Assembly (NCBI GenBank): GCA_964035545.1
Contig: CAXIUT010000097.1
Coordinates: 372,001-436,000, forward strand
Source of the DNA: Bugula neritina
Taxonomy: Eukaryota; Animalia; Bryozoa
Direction of reading: 5' to 3'
Length of the DNA: 64,000 bases
The notes below the pieces were generated by a model. The model did no database searches, was not told the DNA's origin, and saw only the letters and a list, made by a program, of their open reading frames with translations. The position numbers were made by a program, and so were the translations under genes. Below are positions 1 through 11,700 of the stretch, piece by piece. The first letter of the stretch is position 1, and every line of letters starts with the position of its first letter.

Positions 1-76
1 GCAAAATACTGCAACATATTGAAATGCACTGTAACATATTGAAATACACTGCAACACAATGAAATATACTGCAACA

Positions 77-100
77 TACCTAAATATACGGTATTATACC
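77..100 (+). other. Divergent box type I, TACCTAAATATACGGTRDTATACC (first of many copies)
   Basis: Seen at 77, 486, 2008, 2935, 4211, 5447, 6287, 7073, 8229 and onward through the window. It departs from the consensus monomer at several clustered positions. Confidence 0.85.
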
Positions 101-831
101 AAAATATACTGTAACACATTGAAAAATACTGCAACATACTGAAATACACTGCAACACACCGAAAAACACTGAAAATACTGTAACACACTGAAATATACTG
201 CAAAATACTGAAATATACTGCAAAATACTGAAATACACTGCTACATACTGAAATATACTGCAACACACCGCAACATACTGCAACATACTAAAGTATACTG
301 CAACATACTGAAATACACTGCAAAATACTGAAATACACTATAACATACTGAAATATACTGCAACATACTGAAATACACTGCTACATACTGAAATATACTG
401 CAACACACAGCAACATACTGCAACATACTAAAATACACCGTAACATATTGGAATACCCTGCAACACATTGAAATATACTGCAACATACCTAAATATACGG
501 TGATATACCAAAATAAACTGTAACACATTTAAAAATACTGCAACATACTGAAATACACTGCAACACTCTGAAATACACTGCAAAATACTGTAACACACTG
601 AAATATACTGCAACACACTGCAACATACTGCAACATACTAGAATACACTGTAACATATTGAAATATACTGCAATATACTGAAAAACACTGCTATATACCG
701 AAATATACTGCAACACACTACAACATACTGCAACATGCTAAAATATACTGCAACCTACTGAAATACCCTGCAAAATATACTGAAATACACTGTAACATAC
801 TGAAGTATACTGCAACATACTGAAATACACT

Positions 832-1831
832 GCTACATACTGAAATTTACTGCGACACACTGCAACATACTGCAACATACTAAAATGCACTGTAACATAG
901 TGAAATAGACTGCAACACATTGAAATATACTGCAAAATACTGAAATACACTGCTATATACTGAAATTTACTGCAACACACTGCAACATACTGCAACATAC
1001 TAAAATATACTGCAACATACTGAAATACACTGCAAAATATTCAAATACACTGTAACATATTGAAATATACTGCAACATACGGAAATACAGTGCTACATAC
1101 TGAAATATACTGCAACATACTGCAACATAGTGAAATACACTGCAACATACTGCAAGATAGTGAAATACACTGTAACATACTGGAGTATACTGCAACATGC
1201 TGAAATACACTGCTACATACTGAAATATACTGCAACACACAGCAACATACTGCAACATACTAAAATACACTGTGACATGTTGGAATACACTGCAACACAT
1301 TGAAATATACTGCAAAATACTGAAATACACTGCTACATACTTAAATATACTGCGACACACTGCAACATACTGCAACATACTAAAATACACTGTAACATAT
1401 TGAAATAGACTGCAACACAATGAAATATACTGTAAAATACTAAAATACACTGCTAAATACTGAAATATACTGCAACACACTGCAAGATACTGCAACATAC
1501 TAAAATATACTGCAACATACTGAAATACACTGCAGAATACTGAAATACACTGTAACATACTGAAATACACTGCAAAATACTGAAATACACTGCTACATAC
1601 TGAAATATACTGCAACACACTGCGACATACTGCAACATACTAAAATACACTGTAACATATTGAAATACACTGCAACACATTGAAATATACTGCAATGTAC
1701 CGAAATATATGGTAAACTACTGAAATATACTGTCACACATTGAAAAACACTGCAACATACTGAAATATACTGCAACATACTGAAATACACTGTAACATAT
1801 TGAAATATACTGCAACATACTGAAATACAGT
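832..1831 (+). repeat. Representative run of 120-bp (12-mer) and 140-bp (14-mer) higher-order units
   Basis: The anchor monomer GCTA(C/T/A)AT starts at 832, 952, 1092, 1212, 1332, 1452, 1592, (1712 as the GTAA variant) and 1832, giving spacings of 120/140 bp. It is usually followed by a B monomer, three A monomers and an AAAAT monomer. Confidence 0.9.
1694..1720 (+). other. Divergent box type II, AATGTACCGAAATATATGGTMAACTAC (first of many copies)
   Basis: Seen at ~1698, 2614, 5097, 5897, 6753, 9235, 10035, 12287 and onward, in the same flanking context as box I. Confidence 0.85.
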
Positions 1832-4800
1832 GCTACATACTGAAATATACTGCAACATACTGCAACATAGTGAAATAAACTGCAACATACTGCAAGATAG
1901 TGAAATACACTGTAACATACTGAAATACACCGCAAAATACTACAACATATTGAAATGCACTGTAACATATTGAAATACACTGCAACACATTGAAATGTAC
2001 TGCAACATACCTAAATATACGGTAATATACCAAAATATACTGTAACACATTGAAAAATACTGCAACATACTGAAATACACTGCAACACACCGAAAAACAC
2101 TGAAAATACTGTAACACACTGAAATATACTGCAAAATACTGAAATATACTGCAACATACTGAAATATACTGCTACATACTGAAATATACTGCAACACACT
2201 GCAACATACTGCAACATACTAGAATACACTGTAACATAATGAAATACACTGCAACACATTGAAATATACTGCAAAATACTGAAATACACTGCTATATACT
2301 GAAATACACTGCAACACACTACAACATACTGCAACATGCTAAAAGCTGCAACATACTGAAATACACTGCTACATACTGAAATATACTGCAACACATTGCA
2401 ACATACTGCAACATACTAAAGTATACTGCAACATACTGAAATACACTGCAGAATACTGAAATACACTGTAAGATACTGAAATATACTGCAAAATACTGAA
2501 ATACATTGCTACATACTGAAATATACTGCAACACACTGCGACATACTGCAACATACTAAAATACACTGTAACATATTGAAATACACTGCAACACATTGAA
2601 ATATATTGCAATGTACCGAAATATATGGTAAACTACTGAAATATACTGTCACACATTGAAAAATACTGCAACATACTGAAATATACTGCGACACATTGCA
2701 ATATACTGTAACATACTGAAATATCCTGTAGCACACTGAAATACACTGCAACATACTGAAATACACTGTAACATATTGAAATATACTGCAACATACTGAA
2801 ATACAGTGCTACATACTGAAATATACTGCAACATACTGCAACATAGTAAAATTCACTGTAACATACTGAAAAACACTGCAACATACTACAACATATTGAA
2901 ATACACTGCAACACATTGAAATATACTGCAACATACCTAAATATACGGTGATATACCAAAATAAACTGTAACACATTTAAAAATACTGCAACATACTGAA
3001 ATACACTGCAACACTCTGAAATACACTGCAAAATACTGTAACACACTGAAATATACTGCAACACACTGCAACATACTGCAACATACTAGAATACACTGTA
3101 ACATATTGAAATATACTGCAACATACTGAAATACACTGCTATATACTGAAATATACTGCAACACACTACAACATACTGCAACATGCTAAAATATACTGCA
3201 ACATACTGAAATACCCTGCAAAATACTGAAATACACTGTAACATACTGAAGTATACTGCAACATACTGAAATACACTGCTACATACTGAAACATACTGCA
3301 ACACACAGCAACATACTGCAACATACTAAAATACACTGTAACATATTGGAATACACTGCAACACATTGAAATATACTGCAAAATACTGAAATACACTGCT
3401 ACATACTGAAATTTACTGCGACACACTGCAACATACTGCAACATACTAAAATGCGCTGTAACATAGTGAAATAGACTGCAACACATTGAAATATACTGCA
3501 AAATACTGAAGTACACTGCTATATACTGAAATACACTGCAACACGCTACAACATACTGCAACATGCTAAAATATACTGCAACATACTGAAATACACTGCA
3601 AAATACTGAAATACACTGTAACATACTGAAGTATACTGCAACATACTGAATCACACTGCTACATACTGAAATATACTGCAAAATACTGAAATACACTGCT
3701 ATATACTGAAATACACTGCAACACACTACAACATACTGCAACATGCTAAAAGCTGCAACATACTGAAATACACTGCTACATACTGAAATATACTGCAACA
3801 CACAGCAACTTACTGCAACATACTAAAATATACTGCAACATACTGAAATACACTGCAAAATATTCAAATACACTGTAACATACTGAAATATACTGCTACA
3901 CATTGCAATATACTGTAACATACTGAAATATTCTGTAGCACACTGAAATACACTGCAACTCACTGAAATATACTGCAACATACTGAAATACACTGTAACA
4001 TATTGAAATATACTGCAACATACTGAAATACAGTGCTACATACTGAAATATACTGCAACATACTGCAACATAGTGAAATACACTGCAACATACTGCAAGA
4101 TAGTGAAATACACTGTAACATACTGAAATACACCGCAAAAAACTACAACATATTGAAATGCACTGTAACCTATTGAAATACACTGCAACACATTGAAATA
4201 TACTGCAACATACCTAGATATACGGTAATATACCAAAATATACTGTAACACATTGAAAAATACTGCAACATACTGAAATACACTGCAACACACCGAAAAA
4301 CACTGAAATTACTGTAACACACTGAAATATACTGCAAAATACTGAAATATACTGCAAAATACTGAAATACACTGCTACATACTGAAATATTTTGCAACAC
4401 ACTGCAACATACTGCAACATACTAAAGTATACTGCAACATACTGAAATACACTGCAAAATACTGAAATACACTATAACATACTGAAATATACTTCAACAT
4501 ACTGAAATATACTGCTACATACTGAAATACACTGCAACACACTACAACATACTGCAACATGCTAGTAGCTGCATTATACTGAAATACACTGCTACATACT
4601 GAAATATACTGCAAAACACACCAACATACTGCAACATACTAAAATATACTGCAACATACTAGAATACACTGTAACATAATGAATTACACTGCAACACATT
4701 GAAATATACTGCAAAATACTGAAATACACTGCTATATACTGAAATATACTGCAACACACTACAACATACTGCAACATGCTAAAATCTACTGCAACGAACT

Positions 4801-6714
4801 GAAATACCCTGCAAAATACTGAAATACACTGTAAGATACTGAAATACACTGCTACATACTGAAATATACTGCAACACACTGCAACATACTGCAACATACT
4901 AAAATATACTGCAACATACTGAAATACACTGCAGAATACTGAAATACACTGTAACATACTGAAATATACTGCAAAATACTGAAATACACTGCTACATACT
5001 GAAATATACTGCAACACACTGCGACATACTGCAACATACTAAAATACACTGTAACATATTGAAATACACTGCAACACATTGAAATATACTGCAATGTACC
5101 GAAATATATGGTAAACTACTGAAATATACTGTCACACATTGAAAAATACTGCAACATACTGAAATATACTGCGACACATTGCAATATACTGTAACATACT
5201 GAAATATGCTGTAGCACACTGAAATACACTGCAACTCACTGAAATATACTGCAACATACTGAAATACACTGTAACATATTGAAATATACTGCAACATACT
5301 GAAATACACTGCTACATACTAAATTTTACTGCAACATACTGCAACATAGTGAAATACACTGTAACATACTGAAATACACTGCAACATAATGAAATATACT
5401 ACAACATATTGAAATACACTGCAACACATTGAAATATACTGCATTATACCTAAATATACGGTGATATACCAAAATATACTGTAACACATTTAAAAATACT
5501 GCAACATACTGAAATACACTGCAAAAAACTGTAACACACTGAAATAAACTGCAACACACTGCAACATACTGCAACATACTAAAATATACTGTAACATATT
5601 GAAATAGACTGCAACACATTGAAATATACTGTAAATTACTGAAATACACTGCTAAATACTGAAATATACTGCAACACACTGCAAGATACTGCAACATACT
5701 AAAATATATTGCAACATACTGAAATACACTGCAGAATACTGAAATACACTGTAACATACTGAAATATACTGCAAAATACTGAAATACACTGCTACATACT
5801 GAAATATACTGCAACACACTGCGACATACTGCAACATACTAAATTACACTGTAACATATTGAAATACACTGCAACACATTGAAATATACTGCAATGTACC
5901 GAAATATATGGTCAACTACTGAAATATACTGTCACACATTGAAAAACACTGCAACATACTGAAATATACTGCGACACATTGCAATATACTCTAACATACT
6001 GAAATATGCTGTAGCACACTGAAATACACTGCAACTCACTGAAATATACTGCAACATACTGAAATACACTGTAACATATTGAAATATACTGCAACATACT
6101 GAAATACAGTGCTACATACTGAAATATACTGCAACATACTGCAACATAGTGAAATCCACTGCAACATACTGCAAGATAGTGAAATACACTGTAACATACT
6201 GAAATACACCGCAAAATACTACAACATTTTGAAATGCACTGTAACATATTGAAATACACTGCAACACATTGAAATGTACTGCAACATACCTAAATATACG
6301 GTAATATACCAAAATATACTGTAACACATTGAAAAATACTGCAACATACTGAAATACACTGCAACACACCGAAAAACACTGAAAATACTGTAACACACTG
6401 AAATATACTGCAAAATACTGAAATATTCTGCAACATACTGAAATATACTGCTACATACTGAAATATACTGCAAAACACTGCAACATACTGCAACATACTA
6501 GAATACACTGTAACATAATGAAATACACTGCAACACATTGAAATATACTGCAAAATACTGAAATACACTGCTATATACTGAAATACACTGCAACACACTA
6601 CAACATACTGCAACATGCTAAAAGCTGCAACATACTGAAATACACTGCTACATACTGAAATATACTGCAACACATTGCAACATACTGCAACATACTAAAG
6701 TATACTGCAACATA

Positions 6715-8750
6715 CTGAAATACACTGCAACACATTGAAATATACTGCAATGTACCGAAATATATGGTAAACTACTGAAATATACTGTCACACATTGAAA
6801 AATACTGCAACATACTGAAATATACTGCGACACATTGCAATATACTGTAACATACTGAAATATCCTGTAGCACACTGAAATACACTGCAACATACTGAAA
6901 TACACTGTAACATATTGAAATATACTGCAACATACTGAAATACAGTGCTACATACTGAAATATACTGCAACATACTGCAACATAGTGAAATTCACTGTAA
7001 CATACTGAAAAACACTGCAACATACTACAACATATTGAAATACACTGCAACACATTGAAATATACTGCAACATACCTAAATATACGGTGATATACCAAAA
7101 TAAACTGTAACACATTTAAAAATACTGCAACATACTGAAATACACTGCAACACTCTGAAATACACACCAAAATACTGTAACACACTGAAATATACTGCAA
7201 CACACTGCAACATACTGCAACATACTAGAATACACTGTAACATATTGAAATATACTGCAACATACTGAAATACACTGCTATATACTGAAATATACTGCAA
7301 CACACTACAACATACTGCAACATGCTAAAATATACTGCAACATACTGAAATACCTTGCAAAATACTGGAATACACTGTAACATACTGAAGTATACTGCAA
7401 CATACTGAAATACACTGCTACATACTGAAATATACTGCAACACACATAACATACTGCAACATACTAAAGTACACTGTAACATATTGGAATACACTGCAAC
7501 ACATTGAAATATACTGCAAAATACTGAAATACACTGCTACATACTGAAAATTACTGCGACACACTGCAACATACTGCAACATACTAAAATGCGCTGTAAC
7601 ATAGTGAAATAGACTGCAACACATTGAAATATACTGCAAAATACTGAAATACACTGCTATATACTGAAATACACTGCAACACACTACAACATACTGCAAC
7701 ATGCTAAAATATACTGCAACATACTGAAATACACTGCAAAATACTGAAATACACTGTAACATACTGAAGTATACTGCAACATACTGAAATACACTGCTAC
7801 ATACTGAAATATACTGCAAAATACTGAAATACACTGCTATATACTGAAATACACTGCAACACACTACAACATACTGCAACATGCTAAAAGCTGCAACATA
7901 CTGAAATACACTGCTACATACTGAAATATACTGCAACACACAGCAACTTACTGCAACATACTAAAATATACTGCAACATACTGAAATACACTGCAAAATA
8001 TTCAAATACACTGTAACATATTGAAATATACTGCAACATACTGAAATACAGTGCTACATACTGAAATACACTGCAACATACTGCAACATAGTGAAATACA
8101 CTGCAACATACTGCAAGATAGTGAAATACACTGTAACATACTGAAATACACCGCAAAAAACTACAACATATTGAAATGCACTGTAACCTATTGAAATACA
8201 CTGCAACACATTGAAATATACTGCAACATACCTAGATATACGGTAATATACCAAAATATACTGTAACACATTGAAAAATACTGCAACATACTGAAATACA
8301 CTGCAACACACCGAAAAACACTGAAATTACTGTAACACACTGAAATATACTGCAAAATACTGAAATATACTGCAAAATACTGAAATACACTGCTACATAC
8401 TGAAATATTTTGCAACACACTGCAACATACTGCAACATACTAAAGTATACTGCAACATACTGAAATACACTGCAAAATACTGAAATACACTATAACATAC
8501 TGAAATATACTTCAACATACTGAAATATACTGCTACATACTGAAATATACTGCAACACACTGCAACATACTGCAACATACTAGAATACACTGTAACATAA
8601 TGAAATACACTGCAACACATTGAAATATACTGCAAAATACTGAAATACACTGCTATATACTGAAATACACTGCAACACACTACAACATACTGCAACATGC
8701 TAGTAGCTGCATTATACTGAAATACACTGCTACATACTGAAATATACTGC
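6715..8750 (+). repeat. Block with a dispersed copy at offset +44992 (~51700-53740, and again +4045 further)
   Basis: ORF offsets 6772/51764, 7914/52906 and 8393/53385 equal 44992. The 9-bp monomer CACACATAAC (~7441, ~52433, ~56478) and AATACTGGAA are shared. Confidence 0.85.
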
Positions 8751-11700
8751 AAAACACAGCAACATACTGCAACATACTAAAATATACTGCAACATACTAG
8801 AATACACTGTAACATAATGAATTACACTGCAACACATTGAAATATACTGCAAAATACTGAAATACACTGCTATATACTGAAATATACTGCAACACACTAC
8901 AACATACTGCAACATGCTAAAATCTACTGCAACGAACTGAAATACCCTGCAAAATACTGAAATACACTGTAAGATACTGAAATACACTGCTACATACTGA
9001 AATATACTGCAACACACTGCAACATACTGCAACATACTAAAATATACTGCAACATACTGAAATACACTGCAGAATACTGAAATACACTGTAACATACTGA
9101 AATATACTGCAAAACACTGAAATACACTGCTACATACTGAAATATACTGCAACACACTGCGACATACTGCAACATACTAAAATACACTGTAACATATTGA
9201 AATACACTGCAACACATTGAAATATACTGCAATGTACCGAAATATATGGTAAACTACTGAAATATACTGTCACACATTGAAAAATACTGCAACATACTGA
9301 AATATACTGCGACACATTGCAATATACTGTAACATACTGAAATATGCTGTAGCACACTGAAATACACTGCAACTCACTGAAATATACTGCAACATACTGA
9401 AATACACTGTAACATATTGAAATATACTGCAACATACTGAAATACACTGCTACATACTAAATTTTACTGCAACATACTGCAACATAGTGAAATACACTGT
9501 AACATACTGAAATACACTGCAACATAATGAAATATACTACAACATATTGAAATACACTGCAACACATTGAAATATACTGCATTATACCTAAATATACGGT
9601 GATATACCAAAATATACTGTAACACATTTAAAAATACTGCAACATACTGAAATACACTGCAAAAAACTGTAACACACTGAAATAAACTGCAACACACTGC
9701 AACATACTGCAACGTACTAAAATATACTGTAACATATTGAAATAGACTGCAACACATTGAAATATACTGTAAATTACTGAAATACACTGCTAAATACTGA
9801 AATATACTGCAACACACTGCAAGATACTGCAACATACTAAAATATATTGCAACATACTGAAATACACTGCAGAATACTGAAATACACTGTAACATACTGA
9901 AATATACTGCAAAATACTGAAATACACTGCTACATACTGAAATATACTGCAACACACTGCGACATACTGCAACATACTAAATTACACTGTAACATATTGA
10001 AATACACTGCAACACATTGAAATATACTGCAATGTACCGAAATATATGGTCAACTACTGAAATATACTGTCACACATTGAAAAACACTGCAACATACTGA
10101 AATATACTGCGACACATTGCAATATACTCTAACATACTGAAATATGCTGTAGCACACTGAAATACACTGCAACTCACTGAAATATACTGCAACATACTGA
10201 AATACACTGTAACATATTGAAATATACTGCAACATACTGAAATACAGTGCTACATACTGAAATATACTGCAACATACTGCAACATAGTGAAATCCACTGC
10301 AACATACTGCAAGACAGTGAAATACACTGTAACATACTGAAATACACCCCAAAATACTACAACATTTTGAAATGCACTGTAACATATTGAAATACACTGC
10401 AACACATTGAAATGTACTGCAACATACCTAAATATACGGTAATATACCAAAATATACTGTAACACATTGAAAAATACTGCAACATACTGAAATACACTGC
10501 AACACACCGAAAAACACTGAAAATACTGTAACACACTGAAATATACTGCAAAATACTGAAATATACTGCAACATACTGAAATATACTGCTACATACTGAA
10601 ATATACTGCAACACACTGCAACATACTGCAACATACTAGAATACACTGTAACATAATGAAATACACTGCAACACATTGAAATATACTGCAAAATACTGAA
10701 ATACACTGCTATATACTGAAATACACTGCAACACACTACAACATACTGCAACATGCTAAAATATACTGCAACATACTGAAATACACTGCAAAATACTGAA
10801 ATACACTGTAACATACTGAAGTATACTGCAACATACTGAAATACACTGCTACATACTGAAATATACTGCAAAATACTGAAATACACTGCTATATACTGAA
10901 ATACACTGCAACACACTACAACATACTGCAACATGCTAAAAGCTGCAACATACTGAAATACACTGCTACATACTGAAATATACTGCAACACACAGCAACT
11001 TACTGCAACATACTAAAATATACTGCAACATACTGAAATACACTGCAAAATATTCAAATACACTGTAACATATTGAAATATACTGCAACATACTGAAATA
11101 CAGTGCTACATACTGAAATACACTGCAACATACTGCAACATAGTGAAATACACTGCAACATACTGCAAGATAGTGAAATACACTGTAACATACTGAAATA
11201 CACCGCAAAAAACTACAACATATTGAAATGCACTGTAACCTATTGAAATACACTGCAACACATTGAAATATACTGCAACATACCTAGATATACGGTAATA
11301 TACCAAAATATACTGTAACACATTGAAAAATACTGCAACATACTGAAATACACTGCAACACACCGAAAAACACTGAAATTACTGTAACACACTGAAATAT
11401 ACTGCAAAATACTGAAATATACTGCAAAATACTGAAATACACTGCTACATACTGAAATATTTTGCAACACACTGCAACATACTGCAACATACTAAAGTAT
11501 ACTGCAACATACTGAAATACACTGCAAAATACTGAAATACACTATAACATACTGAAATATACTTCAACATACTGAAATATACTGCTACATACTGAAATAT
11601 ACTGCAACACACTGCAACATACTGCAACATACTAGAATACACTGTAACATAATGAAATACACTGCAACACATTGAAATATACTGCAAAATACTGAAATAC

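Noticed and set aside
81-90. TATA-box or promoter-like TAAATATA motifs
   Set aside because: These are expected one-base variants of the GAAATATA monomer, with no gene context.
77-93. CENP-B box (also 17 bp)
   Set aside because: The sequence does not match the TTCG....A..CGGG core on either strand; only the length is similar.
1-200. Underlying 5-bp ancestral subrepeat (ATACT / GCAAC / GAAAT)
   Set aside because: The two halves of the decamer are not convincingly similar, so it cannot be supported.
1121-1135. Relationship to the Drosophila AATAACATAG decamer satellite
   Set aside because: Only a minor variant monomer contains AACATAG. The consensus monomers differ, so this is a chance match.
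77-2040. CRISPR-like array with the dyad boxes as repeats and the intervening DNA as spacers
   Set aside because: The intervening DNA is 0.3-1.3 kb of the same satellite, not unique 25-45-bp spacers. There are no cas genes or leader.
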